From IMG/VR virus record IMGVR_UViG_3300028603_000018, positions 180,063 to 244,062 of that record: 64,000 nucleotides of DNA, one strand, 5' to 3'. The first letter of the stretch is position 1; each line of letters begins with the position of its first letter. Origin of the DNA: a virus (taxonomy: Duplodnaviria > Caudoviricetes). The notes under the pieces were generated by a model that worked only from the letters and a program-made list of their open reading frames with translations, made no database searches and was not told where the DNA came from. Both the position numbers and the translations under genes were made by a program. This document shows positions 39,255-50,413 of the stretch, one piece after another.

Positions 39255-40442
39255 ATGAATAATGTAGATCTCACCCAACTGAGCTTAGAAGCTATCGAAG
39301 TTTCATTAGAAGCATTATCTAAACTTCAAGCTATCAATAACAACCTATCTAATCAGCAAGATGAGGTACTTAACACTTCTACCCGGTTTGCTTTAGAGAC
39401 AATTAAGCAAGTGTATGATTTACCTGACGATATTCTTTCGTTAGAAGATAGTAATGATTTACATACAGCTTCTAAAAACGCTATAACGAGAATTTGGGAA
39501 CTTATTCTTAAATGGCTCGCAGCTATTGCTAAAGAAATTAATGAGAAGTGGCATAACCTAGGTATGTCATTAGTAATGGCTGATGAATTATTAAAAAACG
39601 CTGATAGTCGTTTTAGAGCAGCTAAGCAAAGTAGACTTTTTAGAAAGGTCCCTGTAGGCGGAATAAGAAGTCGTAATATTGCTAATGCTTTAAACGTTGA
39701 TAATGATGTTAGTTTTAATAAGATCACTCAAGGAATCTCAAGACTCACTACGACTTTTGGTTCTATAGATAATTTTGTTGATACTGAATTAATTAAACTT
39801 CGTAGCTTTAAGTCCAGTATCTTAAATAAAGACAAGATTGATATTCCAGAATTACCTCTACCTAATCAGATCGATGTACAAGTAGCTCGTAATGAGTTAG
39901 TTAATTATTCTTTAGATGATCGTTATGAAGCTAAGCGATCTGTAACTTTACCAGGTAATAGAGTTTACCTCCACGTTAAATATAAGAACGGTTTAACGTT
40001 AGGAGAAGTAAGGGATAGTACTAGTAATGTTTTAGCTAAACCTTACTCTGATAAGAAGTACGGTATTCATTTATCTAAAAAGAAAACAGATACTACTGTT
40101 GCTTTCACAATCAAGCCATTTAACGAACACGAAATCTTACGTTTATTAACCTTAGCTCGTTCTTTATCTAACGAATTAAAAAGCGCTAACAACAATCATA
40201 GTAAGATTAAATCGACGTTATCTGATCTTCAACAAGTTTTTAAAGATCAAAGTAAACAGACTAATGCTAGTGTTGTTGAATTAAATCAAATAAAGGATTA
40301 TGTAGTAGGTATTGCTAATAACTTATCTGAAATTAGTTTAGATAGTAGAATTTACTTAGTGGGAGTTATTACTCAGCTCTCTCAATTAATATCCTTACAA
40401 GTATCCTTATACGAAGGAAAGATAGAAGGTGAGTATGATTAA
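39255..40442 (+). CDS. Internal head protein (gp93-97-like family)
   Basis: Repeated SLE/ALE sites, RIWELILKWL helix and TLPGNR motif. Confidence 0.75.
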   Translation: MNNVDLTQLSLEAIEVSLEALSKLQAINNNLSNQQDEVLNTSTRFALETIKQVYDLPDDILSLEDSNDLHTASKNAITRIWELILKWLAAIAKEINEKWHNLGMSLVMADELLKNADSRFRAAKQSRLFRKVPVGGIRSRNIANALNVDNDVSFNKITQGISRLTTTFGSIDNFVDTELIKLRSFKSSILNKDKIDIPELPLPNQIDVQVARNELVNYSLDDRYEAKRSVTLPGNRVYLHVKYKNGLTLGEVRDSTSNVLAKPYSDKKYGIHLSKKKTDTTVAFTIKPFNEHEILRLLTLARSLSNELKSANNNHSKIKSTLSDLQQVFKDQSKQTNASVVELNQIKDYVVGIANNLSEISLDSRIYLVGVITQLSQLISLQVSLYEGKIEGEYD

Positions 40443-41631
40443 GTCATTAAGCAATCCTCAAGTTCTTAAAAAGCGTCCTAAAGCTGATACAAGCGCTCCT
40501 ATTGACACAACGACTCAAAGTGGGTTAGCTGTACTAGAGGACGTTTTAAACTTCACCACGACCCGTTTAGAGAAGGCTGAGCACTTAGATAAAGCAGAGA
40601 CCTTTATGGCAGCTCACGCTCAAGAAGAACCTGGTGATGGTAAAGTTAAACTCGCTGAAATTACTATCGAGACATTAAGAGAAGAACTCATCGAGAGTTT
40701 AGAAGATTGTGACGAATGTAATTCATTAAGTACAGGGTTAGAGAACTTAACGACTAATGAACTCATTGGTCAAACTCTAGTGGTATCGAAGAACATCTTA
40801 ACTGATGTTTCTAATATGCTATATAAAGCTAGTAATGATCTAGTTATTAGTAAAGAGCTAATTCAAGACAGACTCTCTACTTTACTTGAGAAAGTAACAC
40901 ATTTAAAAGACGTAGTTAAGTTACCTGATGGTCAACACCCTTCTACTAAGGTCGATATCAATAAAGCTAAAGCATTATTATATCTAACTGACACTCATGC
41001 TAAACCCTCTCTCATTATTTGCTTAGCAGGTGAGATATGGAAGCAAAGTTATTATAATACCATTCTTCCTTTAATGGAAAGTAATGAACAAAAATTATCT
41101 GACTTAAAAGAATTGCTAAAAGAAGCAATTAAAGATAAGATGGAGGATGGTTCATTCATCTCTTTAGAAGGTATTGAAACTGATGAACATACTGTGTTAA
41201 TTAGTCAGTTAACTAAGGGTGATTTTATTGCTTTTGATAAAAGAGATAATCGATTCTTGATTTTAGAGAAAGGAGTTAATTTCTTAGACGGTGAAGTTAC
41301 TCTACCTACACTAACAACTGAAGAGATTTTTAAGAGTTTAAATCTCATTAAGAAGTCTTTAATAGACTCTTGTGTAGGTGAGATTTTAAATGAGACTTCT
41401 AACATCCAGCGTAAAGTATTTGAACTACATGCCTTATTAATGTCTTATTTTACTGGCGTCACTTCGAAGAATTATATCGAAGAAGGAGAATTAAGACTCA
41501 TTATTGAGGAAGTCAAAAACTATAGAGAAGTGTTAAATAACAATGTTATCTTCTATTATCAATACGCTAATAAATTAGTTAATAACATTATTCTTATGTT
41601 AGATGTTCTGGAATCATACTTAGAAGGTTAG
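40429..41631 (+). CDS. Internal head protein paralogue
   Basis: TLE/SLE/GLE-type sites and LPTLT..EI motif. Confidence 0.7.
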   Translation: MSMIKSLSNPQVLKKRPKADTSAPIDTTTQSGLAVLEDVLNFTTTRLEKAEHLDKAETFMAAHAQEEPGDGKVKLAEITIETLREELIESLEDCDECNSLSTGLENLTTNELIGQTLVVSKNILTDVSNMLYKASNDLVISKELIQDRLSTLLEKVTHLKDVVKLPDGQHPSTKVDINKAKALLYLTDTHAKPSLIICLAGEIWKQSYYNTILPLMESNEQKLSDLKELLKEAIKDKMEDGSFISLEGIETDEHTVLISQLTKGDFIAFDKRDNRFLILEKGVNFLDGEVTLPTLTTEEIFKSLNLIKKSLIDSCVGEILNETSNIQRKVFELHALLMSYFTGVTSKNYIEEGELRLIIEEVKNYREVLNNNVIFYYQYANKLVNNIILMLDVLESYLEG

Positions 41632-41770
41632 TTTTCATTACAATTCTATGACTACTTCTGTAGTAGATCATCTTTTTTCGAAAAAAGAAGAGCTATTTAT
41701 TACTTAACTATAAGTAATGTTAAAAAAATATTTATATCTCTTAAAGAGTATTTCTTGGAGTATTTAAACA

Positions 41771-44700
41771 ATGAGTTTACGTAACAACCGTAATGGAATC
41801 CGGACTCTTCGTGCTGCATTAGAATCACTAGACGTTAATAAACATGATGATGTCAATGATGACACGCCTCGTGAATTTGATCCCAATGTCAATGACAAGC
41901 CGAAAGACGCAGAGACTCCTACTAAAGAAGGCGAAATCCAAACGCCTAAAGAACCCGCTGCTAAAGATGTAATTAGTCGGGAAAACGTAGAAGAAGTAGA
42001 AACTGTAGCAGAAGTCCCCATTACAGAAGACGAAACTGTAGTAGAGACTTCAACTGCTGATAATGTAACCTCTACTGGTGTCGATGCCGTAGCAGAAGAA
42101 GGCACTCTGGCAGATGGTATCTCAGCTGCTGGTGAAGGTGCTATTGTTGAAGAAAGTCAGTATGTAGAAAATGCTGGTGAACATAGCGCTCCTGAGATCA
42201 TTGATGTAGAAGAAGAAATCTTAGATGATCTGTCTGAGACTGTTATTCGTAATGAAGAATCACTGGAATCTTTATCGCGTCAGATCAAACTGTACAAGAA
42301 AGTCAAAACTACAGCTAGTTCTATGGAGGATCTCTCCTTACTGGCTATTGGTGATGACATCAAACAAAACTTCAATAAAGTAAAAGAAGCTGTTATTAAT
42401 GCTTTTATTAAACTGCGTGATTGGTGGGTTAAGCATTGGGATAAACTCTCAGCAGTTTGGAATGAAACTGTTATTAAACAGAACTCTCAACAAATCGCTG
42501 CTTTAACAGATAGTATTGATACTGTCCTTACTAATCTTGCAAGCGCTGATATCTTAGCTCAAACACCAATGATGAGGAAGATTAAAAACTTACCTCATTT
42601 TGCTCAAGCCATCTTTGTAGGTGGTGAAGCTAAAGCTCGTGAACTGTTAAAAACACTTTCTTATGTTTCTCGTGAGATTAGGAATAATCCTAATTTAGCT
42701 GATGGTGGATATGAGAAACTGGGTGCAATGGTTGCTAAGCTCAATGAAGAAGAGCTAACTAATGTTGATACAGATTCGAACGTTCGGAAGTTTGTTCGTT
42801 CCTATCCTCGGTATCGTCCTGGTTTAGAGGCTGAAATCCTCACGCTTCAGAAAAACGCAAACGAAGTAGCGCGTGGTTTAACTAAACGTATCGATGAACT
42901 CAAGCGAGAAAGTCGTAGTGTTGAGAGTGGTTCTGAGGATGCTAAACTGAAAAACGAATTAGTTAGTATTGATCAGAAAATCCAATCTAATCTGCTTAAA
43001 CTGATTTCTGGTATTCGTGAGTTAGATAACCTCATTCTTAACATCTTCAAAAAGTACGGTACTGCCGCTAAACCAGAATCGACTGAAGGTTTAGATGAGT
43101 TATCGACTGAAGGCTTCTGGGGCGGCTTCGCAGGCGCTTTCCAGGCCGGTAATATAGGAAGCAGGTACACTAATAAAAAACGGTATGAAATCGAACGGCT
43201 AAAAGAGAAGATTGCTGTAACTACCGACGCACTTCAAAAGCTTGCTGCTGGTGCTTCTAAGGATGAAGCTCAAAAAGGTCTGGAAAATAGCAAAGCTATC
43301 GATATTGCTAATGCTCCAAAAGAGACTTTTAGGGAGTTTATTACAAATAAAGAGAACTGGATTCCTTTCATGGCAGCACTTCGTGGTATGAAGTTAGGTA
43401 GTGAAGCCCAGGATCTAGAGAAGAAGCTAAAGGACCAAGTCAAGCAACTAGAAGCTATTTCTCGTGAAGGATCGACTGAAGGTTTAGACGAAGGTGAAGT
43501 TACTGTCTCTGAAGCAATTACTAACGACGAGATCACTGTTGATGCTGAAGAAGCCGCTGAGACTGGTGAAATTGTTGTGACGCCTGATCCTGCTGATCCT
43601 GTTGAAGCTGATGATAACGAAGGTATTAGTATTCTCGTTGAAGAAGAACCTGTTGTTGAAGCTGATGGTGTTACTGACGTAGTAGAAGCTTCGGCAGAAG
43701 GTGATCTGGAAGCCAAGATTCGTGAGCTACGTAGTAAAGCTGATGAAGCTGAAGCACTTCTTATTCAAGCTCGTTCTCTTATTAATGGTTCAGCTACCGA
43801 ACCAGAGCCTGTTGCTACCGAACCTGAAGCTGCTGTCATCCAAACAGACGTAGTAGAAGATGCATCAGTAGACCTGGGTGAAGATACTGCTGTTACTGAA
43901 GTTGAGGAAGTCGAGGGTAGTGAAGGTGAAGCTGAAGTTGCTGAGGGTGAAGAAGTAGAAGTGGAAGAAATTGATGAAGCTTCTCAAGAATCCCAAACGG
44001 CTGTAGGTGTTGCTGGTGTTACTGAAACAGGTGAGACAGGCGGTGATCCTAGCGAACCTGAAACAGACCAACCTGCTAGCGGTGGTGACCCTGCTGGTGA
44101 AGCAGAAGAAAAAGAAGCTGATGTAGGTGGTAATGCTGAAATCGTTTCTGATCCTACTCTTGATATCGAAGAAGCTGTCGAAGAAGTCGAAGTCGTTATG
44201 GAGACAATCGAGCAAGCTACAAAAGACTTAGGTTTTATCGAACGTGAAATCGGTCGTATCGAAGACTCTAATGAAGTAGGTGGTATTGATTCTCGTTATG
44301 CAGAGAGCTTAAGCGATTCTATGGAAAGTATTGTAGAGCGTAACCGTCTCTCCTTTAAGGTTTCCATGCCTTCGTTAGAATCGTTTGATTCTGGTGTTTC
44401 TACTCGTCTGCGTAATACAGACATGACATTAGAATCCTTTAAAGAGTTTGCGGGTAAATTACGTGAAAAGATTCTTACTGCATTTAATTATGTTGCGAAT
44501 CTTATTAGCAAGGTTTACACCATGACTGCTGGCAAAGCTAAAGAGTTAATGACTAACCTTGAGCAACTGAAAAAAGAACTCAATGACGTCAAACCCAATA
44601 GCAATGCACCTAAGACGATTAAAAGCATTGATCTGGCTAAAGGTTTAAGTATTGATGGTACTGTTCCTCAGGACATTAGTGCTGCTTTAGGTCAACTCCG

Positions 44701-45361
44701 TTCTGTTACTGATGAACTCATTGATGATATCTTTGTAGTTGCTGCGTTTAAAGCTGAGTTTGCTAAGGCTTTCTCTGATAAAGATATTTCTATCGACACT
44801 ATCGTAGAAAAAGCAATTGGTCTAAATAAACTTAAGTATTTCAAAGCAACTGATAAAGAAGATGTTACTGATTACGAAACTGCGACCCTCTTAGGTGATC
44901 GTACTCTGTTCTATACCATCCCTAAAGGTAGTGTAGAGACAAGTAAGGTCGATCTACTTAACGCAGGTATTCGTCATCATGAGAGTGAAACAGTTAGTGA
45001 TGAAGTTACTTTACCCACTGTTCAAAACGCCAAAGTTATCTTAGATAAAGCTAGTGGTCTTGCAGCACGAGTGCAGAAGCTCAAAGATCTCTCAGGTCAG
45101 GTGAAGGCAATGGGTGCGGATGTTGCTAAGACAGTAGAAGGTGTGGTTGGTGAAGAGGAAGAAGTAGCTCGACATCAATCTAGCGTCATTTCCTTACTGC
45201 AACGTACTGTTACTGTATCTGCTAAGCCTGGTATTGAAGCGGCGCGCCTTATCATTAGTGTTAACTATGATGTTGCTCGCTTAATCAAAGCAGTGATTAA
45301 AGCTCATCAAGGTGAAGTCGTAGTAGAAGGAACTAGCAATACTCCTTTGTTAGCTGAATAA
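41771..45361 (+). CDS. Large internal head polyprotein (three modules separated by acidic linkers)
   Basis: ALE, SLE, SME, STE x3, SQE and PSLESF sites. The last module has the TLLGDR family motif. Confidence 0.75.
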   Translation: MSLRNNRNGIRTLRAALESLDVNKHDDVNDDTPREFDPNVNDKPKDAETPTKEGEIQTPKEPAAKDVISRENVEEVETVAEVPITEDETVVETSTADNVTSTGVDAVAEEGTLADGISAAGEGAIVEESQYVENAGEHSAPEIIDVEEEILDDLSETVIRNEESLESLSRQIKLYKKVKTTASSMEDLSLLAIGDDIKQNFNKVKEAVINAFIKLRDWWVKHWDKLSAVWNETVIKQNSQQIAALTDSIDTVLTNLASADILAQTPMMRKIKNLPHFAQAIFVGGEAKARELLKTLSYVSREIRNNPNLADGGYEKLGAMVAKLNEEELTNVDTDSNVRKFVRSYPRYRPGLEAEILTLQKNANEVARGLTKRIDELKRESRSVESGSEDAKLKNELVSIDQKIQSNLLKLISGIRELDNLILNIFKKYGTAAKPESTEGLDELSTEGFWGGFAGAFQAGNIGSRYTNKKRYEIERLKEKIAVTTDALQKLAAGASKDEAQKGLENSKAIDIANAPKETFREFITNKENWIPFMAALRGMKLGSEAQDLEKKLKDQVKQLEAISREGSTEGLDEGEVTVSEAITNDEITVDAEEAAETGEIVVTPDPADPVEADDNEGISILVEEEPVVEADGVTDVVEASAEGDLEAKIRELRSKADEAEALLIQARSLINGSATEPEPVATEPEAAVIQTDVVEDASVDLGEDTAVTEVEEVEGSEGEAEVAEGEEVEVEEIDEASQESQTAVGVAGVTETGETGGDPSEPETDQPASGGDPAGEAEEKEADVGGNAEIVSDPTLDIEEAVEEVEVVMETIEQATKDLGFIEREIGRIEDSNEVGGIDSRYAESLSDSMESIVERNRLSFKVSMPSLESFDSGVSTRLRNTDMTLESFKEFAGKLREKILTAFNYVANLISKVYTMTAGKAKELMTNLEQLKKELNDVKPNSNAPKTIKSIDLAKGLSIDGTVPQDISAALGQLRSVTDELIDDIFVVAAFKAEFAKAFSDKDISIDTIVEKAIGLNKLKYFKATDKEDVTDYETATLLGDRTLFYTIPKGSVETSKVDLLNAGIRHHESETVSDEVTLPTVQNAKVILDKASGLAARVQKLKDLSGQVKAMGADVAKTVEGVVGEEEEVARHQSSVISLLQRTVTVSAKPGIEAARLIISVNYDVARLIKAVIKAHQGEVVVEGTSNTPLLAE
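43078..43488 (+). repeat. 18-bp direct repeat ATCGACTGAAGGTTTAGA (43078-43095 and 43471-43488) with a partial copy at 43102
   Basis: Exact copies encode STEGLD and flank an internal module. Confidence 0.85.
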
Positions 45362-45381
45362 CCTTAAAAGCTAAGTAGTGT

Positions 45382-45418
45382 CATAAATAGGAGATCCCAA
45401 AAGGATCTCCTATTATGC
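45382..45418. terminator. Family hairpin
   Basis: CATAAATAGGAGATCC-CAAAA-GGATCTCCTATTATGC. Confidence 0.8.
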
Positions 45419-45470
45419 CTTAGTTTTAAGTTTCATCTTTTAGTGGAACATTTAAAGGAAAAAGACAGAT

Positions 45471-47024
45471 ATGCCTCGCCTCTTGTTACCTATTACTGAT
45501 GTAGATAGGGCTGTCGTCAGACCGATTGTGACAGATGTCATTAAGGATCTATTTGCTATCACACAACTTGATCCAAAAACAAAGATTTTATTCCCAGGTG
45601 ATGTCGGCCAGATGATGCAGGTCGGTTCAGCCCTAGAACACGAAGGCGATAATAGTGTCTTTGGGGTTGAAGGATATGTACATATAGAGATTAATAGAGA
45701 TCCTATTGAAGACCTACTATTAACAAATTCTACCGATAAGCCTGGTGAGCAATTTACCTTCTATGATGATGTATTAGAAATCTATTCTAGACCAGCTAGA
45801 GTATTTAGTGAAGTTGACATCTCTATTAAATATCGTGCTAGAACTAAAGTAGACGGTGAGCGCTGGGTGAGTGAGATGAAAAACAGAGTCTCTCAAGGAA
45901 GAGATTCTTTAATTCATAGTCCAGTTACTTATAGTTATGATATCCCTTATCCTGCTATAGCTATTTTTAAAGAACTCCATAGACTAAGAGAAAATAAACA
46001 TGGTTATGGTGATACCTTTACTGATTGGTTTAAAGAACGATCTTCTAAGTTCGTTACTGTAATTACCAACCAAGCAGGACATGAGAAAGCTGATAGTTAT
46101 GCAGTAAGAGAAAACTTAGAAAGAGTACAAGGTAGGTTTGATTTTACTATCCCGCCTAAAGGTCAGTATGTAGATGGTGTTACTGCTTGGGAATTCTCTT
46201 TTTCATACAAGATTCAGTTAGATATTGCTGAAGCCTTTATAATGATCTATCCGATCATTGTACATAACCAATTGCTAAGTGATAAGTATGTAGATTACAC
46301 CACTGTTTACCAAGATACCAATACTGTTAAAGGCTGGAACTCTGGTCAGTATTATACTAGGATCTTTGAGAATAACTTACTCATGGAAAGATACTACTAT
46401 AGTAAGTTAGGTATCATAATTCCAGCACATGATGATTTTATTGTCAATCAACTCCCTAGTTCCCAAACTGTCTTTACTTCTTTGATTCGGCTATGGGAAG
46501 AAGGTGAAGGAGGAGATCTATTAGAGATCTTAGATTTAGAGGACTTAGGTAAGTTTGACTTAGCTCCTTCTATTATCACTTTCTTAAAAGCAGAAGCTCC
46601 TTATCTAACTCGACATTATCATTCTATCTTTCATATTAGTTATTATAGAGAGAAGAGAATTATTTGGGAAGGCGATAATGTTATCAAAGTAGATAGTGAT
46701 GGTGTTATTCGAAGTACGTATCAGCTCGATCCTAAGCGAGTACATCATATTCGTCTATCTATTATCACTGATCTAGATTTCTTAAAAGATGGAGCATTAG
46801 AGCGTCTAAGAGATCATCCTGATGCTTTTTGTAGAATCATAAGTGCTATTAATCCAGATTATCCTCTAGATTTTGATTGTAAAGATAAAAAGAGAACGCC
46901 TTTAAAAGTCATTCAAAAAACTAAAGAAGATTTAAGTGTTTTTAATGGCTATCAGAATAGAGCTATGCACACCGTTGGTATCTTTAATATTGAAGGATTA
47001 AAGGCAACGGACTATAAGGAATGA
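45471..47024 (+). CDS. Virion structural protein (phiKZ gp98-like)
   Basis: 517 aa, YPIIVHNQLL motif, synteny. Confidence 0.65.
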   Translation: MPRLLLPITDVDRAVVRPIVTDVIKDLFAITQLDPKTKILFPGDVGQMMQVGSALEHEGDNSVFGVEGYVHIEINRDPIEDLLLTNSTDKPGEQFTFYDDVLEIYSRPARVFSEVDISIKYRARTKVDGERWVSEMKNRVSQGRDSLIHSPVTYSYDIPYPAIAIFKELHRLRENKHGYGDTFTDWFKERSSKFVTVITNQAGHEKADSYAVRENLERVQGRFDFTIPPKGQYVDGVTAWEFSFSYKIQLDIAEAFIMIYPIIVHNQLLSDKYVDYTTVYQDTNTVKGWNSGQYYTRIFENNLLMERYYYSKLGIIIPAHDDFIVNQLPSSQTVFTSLIRLWEEGEGGDLLEILDLEDLGKFDLAPSIITFLKAEAPYLTRHYHSIFHISYYREKRIIWEGDNVIKVDSDGVIRSTYQLDPKRVHHIRLSIITDLDFLKDGALERLRDHPDAFCRIISAINPDYPLDFDCKDKKRTPLKVIQKTKEDLSVFNGYQNRAMHTVGIFNIEGLKATDYKE

Positions 47025-47032
47025 AATAGAAA

Positions 47033-48397
47033 ATGCCTGTATTTGATATTGATCCACAAAAGGTGGAAGAAAAGCCAGCTATACCTAAGGTAACGAAACC
47101 TTATTATAGAAGTAGTGTTGTTGATACACAATACACTAATAGGAAAAGCTTACTTACTAATATCCAAGGCTATCCTTGGAAGATTAACTACTTTAGTCAA
47201 GTCGTAGGTAAGAATGATAACTTAAGTGGTTTACAAGAAGATCGAGTAGCAGCTCGTCAGCAATACATTGAAATTAGGGACATGACAATTAAAGTCATCT
47301 CACCTAACTCTACTGATCAAGAACAAGAGATCAAAATTTTAAACATCAATGGTAGTGCTTATGTTATCAATGATGTTATTCCTAATACTGGGGATCAATT
47401 CATTGCTGATATTGGTGATGGTAGAGAAGGTATTTTTGAAGTACTCACTTCAGAGAAGATGAGTCATTTAAAAGACGCTGTATATCGTATCGATTATAGA
47501 CTTAAGAACTATATGTCACCGAGCTTTGACTTTCAATTAGATTTGAAAGTTATTAAGACGCTTTATGAATATAAAGACGAGATGCGATATGGTTTACAAA
47601 CAGTAATCGAAGAAGGTGAGTTTAATCGGCTTAGGAATTACGATAAGGTATATCAAGAACTCCTTCGTCGCTATATGGAAAAGTTCTGGAGTAATGAATT
47701 CCATACTCTCTTAGTACCAGGTCAGCCTGACACTAGTATTTATGACCACTTTCTAACTACTTTCGTTACTAAGTTGTTTGATATTCATAATGCACCTCAC
47801 TTTAATAAACTAAGAGTGCTTAACGTAAGTGATGATTATAATGTCATGACTTGCGATACAGTTTTAGATGCTATTATTAAACGTGATCCTGCTATCTTAA
47901 AGACAGGGATTAGGAAAGCAGGTGTTGCTTATACTCGTAGTTTTAAGTTTCATCCTATCTTCAACTCTATCACCTATACAGGGATTAGGTATATTATCTA
48001 TCCTTCTGATGGTACAAAGAAGATCGATTACCAAATAAAAGACCATACTAGAAAAAATGAGATCTTTGAGAACGCAAACGTTCCTTTACGAGAAGATAGT
48101 CTAGAGGATGTATTTGGTGATTCGGTTATGTTACCTGGATTTCCCCATGATACTAGTCCACTTATCAAACCTGTTCTAAAGGATGATTTTTATATCTTCT
48201 CAGAAGCTTTCTATAAACAAAGTTCTGATTTATCTGCTTTCGAGTATTTAGTCCTAGCCTTTATTAAAGGGCAATCACCTAATTATAATGTATTAGACAT
48301 GATACTTGAACAACGATCTAAATGGCAGGTATTGGAAGAGTATTATTATACTCCCATTTTACTAATGATGATTTATGCTTATTCGAGATCAGTATGA
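47033..48397 (+). CDS. Virion structural protein (phiKZ gp99-like)
   Basis: PNTGDQFIADIGDGREGIF motif, synteny. Confidence 0.65.
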   Translation: MPVFDIDPQKVEEKPAIPKVTKPYYRSSVVDTQYTNRKSLLTNIQGYPWKINYFSQVVGKNDNLSGLQEDRVAARQQYIEIRDMTIKVISPNSTDQEQEIKILNINGSAYVINDVIPNTGDQFIADIGDGREGIFEVLTSEKMSHLKDAVYRIDYRLKNYMSPSFDFQLDLKVIKTLYEYKDEMRYGLQTVIEEGEFNRLRNYDKVYQELLRRYMEKFWSNEFHTLLVPGQPDTSIYDHFLTTFVTKLFDIHNAPHFNKLRVLNVSDDYNVMTCDTVLDAIIKRDPAILKTGIRKAGVAYTRSFKFHPIFNSITYTGIRYIIYPSDGTKKIDYQIKDHTRKNEIFENANVPLREDSLEDVFGDSVMLPGFPHDTSPLIKPVLKDDFYIFSEAFYKQSSDLSAFEYLVLAFIKGQSPNYNVLDMILEQRSKWQVLEEYYYTPILLMMIYAYSRSV

Positions 48398-49020
48398 GTA
48401 AGAAACGTAACCACCAATACACATTAATAGAAAGAATCTTTGATCAACGCTTTAGAGCTAGAGTACCACTGAATGCAACAATGAGTGAGAAATGGATTCA
48501 GTTAAACGGTGGGACTTATGTCAGTGGGGATGAATATTGGAATGAGAAGATAAATCAACAATGGCAGGATTGTTATCTTACTATCTCTAAGATGGTGGAT
48601 TATGCTAGAAAAGGCGTACCTATTTCCATCTTACGTTTTCAAGATACGAAAACTATCTATGACAGCATCGAAGCTTATCTAGCTCATGCCGAAGTTGTTT
48701 TCTCTGGAATGTATGATCCAGCAGCCTATTCAGATACTTTAGAGGACTTAGTAGATTTAGATAGATTAGCTAATGTTATTTATAAACATGCCAAATTCTA
48801 CGAACCCTTACAACCTACAGGTAGTAACTTCATCAATATGTTGCGAGGTTGGGGTGGAATGTCTATGTTAGGTTCTCAGCCCTTAAGTGATGTAAAGGAA
48901 GACATTCATAAAAGAGAGAGGACTGGTATGGAAGATCTCTTTGCTTCTTTTATTGATCCAGATAGACTACCAGTAGAAGAAAAGAAAGATCCCTTTAAAG
49001 ACTTGGAAGATCTCGTATGA
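48394..49020 (+). CDS. Conserved protein (phiKZ gp100-like)
   Basis: ATGA overlap with the upstream stop favours 48394 over 48322. Confidence 0.65.
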   Translation: MSKKRNHQYTLIERIFDQRFRARVPLNATMSEKWIQLNGGTYVSGDEYWNEKINQQWQDCYLTISKMVDYARKGVPISILRFQDTKTIYDSIEAYLAHAEVVFSGMYDPAAYSDTLEDLVDLDRLANVIYKHAKFYEPLQPTGSNFINMLRGWGGMSMLGSQPLSDVKEDIHKRERTGMEDLFASFIDPDRLPVEEKKDPFKDLEDLV

Positions 49021-50405
49021 ACAATATGGTTTCACTACTCAAACCAGATGTAGATGTCGTTATACAAGGTGCTGATCAAATACGTTTAGATCGATGGAAT
49101 ATTAAGCTTACCGCAGCAGGTAAACCTGTTGAAGTAATTAAGATTCTTAATATCGATGTTCAAGAGTATTATGAGAACCATTACTCAGAGATTAGAACAA
49201 TTGACATCGCTATGGGTTTAGGTCAGTACACGAATATCCTCTACCCAGGTAGAGAAGAGATCGTTGTTAACTTACAATGCATTGAAGCAATGTTAGCTGA
49301 TTTGGTTGATAGTGGTGTTATTTCTGGTTATCGAGATGATGAATTCTACACAGGTGTATTGGAAGTAACAGGTAATGAAGTACTGGAAGATTCTTATAGA
49401 ACGCTTATAGACACCTCCTCACTTGATATTTCTTCTTTAAAGTTGGTTAGATTACAACTTACTAATAAAACGGATGAGCAAATTCGTTTAATTCAAGTAG
49501 GAGGTAGTTATAGAAATACCGATATAGCGACTGTACTGAAGACTATCATTACTAATGCTGTTAAAAGTTTAGATCTTGAAGCTAACTATATTCCAAAAGG
49601 AATTGAATTAGTAGAACCTGATAATACAACTCTTTATGATCAGATCATCATTCCTGATGGTACAAAGTTAGTAGATCTACCTGGCTACTTACAAAAGCAT
49701 TATGGTGTATATAGTAATGGATTAGCTCATTATCTAAGAAATGGTATTTGGCATATCTTTCCTACTTATGACATTACAAGAGGAGGTAGTGCTGAGTATA
49801 GTCTACAGGTCTCTATTGTTCCTAGACAGTTATATCCTGAATTAGGTAGGACTTATCGTAAATTTGGTAGTAGTACATTAATCATCTCTAATGGTGAGCG
49901 ACATATCTTAGAGAATGCTATTCCTAAGCTAGCTAATGAAGGCAATGGTGTTAAATTCTTCAATACTAACTTTCTTCTTCAGGACAATACAGTTAAGGAG
50001 TCACCTAATAAGGTTGTCTCTAATGCTGCTGAACAAGTCAATGAATATGTAGCTTTTGAAAATAGTAATGGCATTAATAATCTCCCTGTAAGAGAGATGG
50101 GGTTAACTGCTAATACCTACTTAGTTAAAAGTGAAATTAGTATGAGAACGGGAAGTTACATCATGTTAGAATGGCGTTACTCTGACCCTGACCTAGCTAT
50201 ACCAGGAGCTATTGCTAAAATACGATATGAAGACAATGGTTCAATTAAAGAATTTGAAGGCGTGTTAGTTTCAGCAGCGCATTCTATCCAACTCTATGGT
50301 TATGGAGTCACTGCTATGAACTATACAACTCAATCATTCATTACTTTCTTTGTACAAAGAGATTTAGACTTAGAAAGAATTAACGACGAACTATTATTAG
50401 GATAA
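49017..50405 (+). CDS. Virion structural protein, baseplate-hub-like (phiKZ gp101-like)
   Basis: LPGYLQKHYGVYSNG motif, synteny. Confidence 0.65.
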   Translation: MNNMVSLLKPDVDVVIQGADQIRLDRWNIKLTAAGKPVEVIKILNIDVQEYYENHYSEIRTIDIAMGLGQYTNILYPGREEIVVNLQCIEAMLADLVDSGVISGYRDDEFYTGVLEVTGNEVLEDSYRTLIDTSSLDISSLKLVRLQLTNKTDEQIRLIQVGGSYRNTDIATVLKTIITNAVKSLDLEANYIPKGIELVEPDNTTLYDQIIIPDGTKLVDLPGYLQKHYGVYSNGLAHYLRNGIWHIFPTYDITRGGSAEYSLQVSIVPRQLYPELGRTYRKFGSSTLIISNGERHILENAIPKLANEGNGVKFFNTNFLLQDNTVKESPNKVVSNAAEQVNEYVAFENSNGINNLPVREMGLTANTYLVKSEISMRTGSYIMLEWRYSDPDLAIPGAIAKIRYEDNGSIKEFEGVLVSAAHSIQLYGYGVTAMNYTTQSFITFFVQRDLDLERINDELLLG

Positions 50406-50413
50406 TAAACTAA

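Noticed and set aside
43500-44220. A second overprinted basic ORF in this acidic linker
   Set aside because: Codons keep the normal T-ending bias and the +1 frame has stops (for example GTA-GAA). It serves as a negative control for the 37403 finding.
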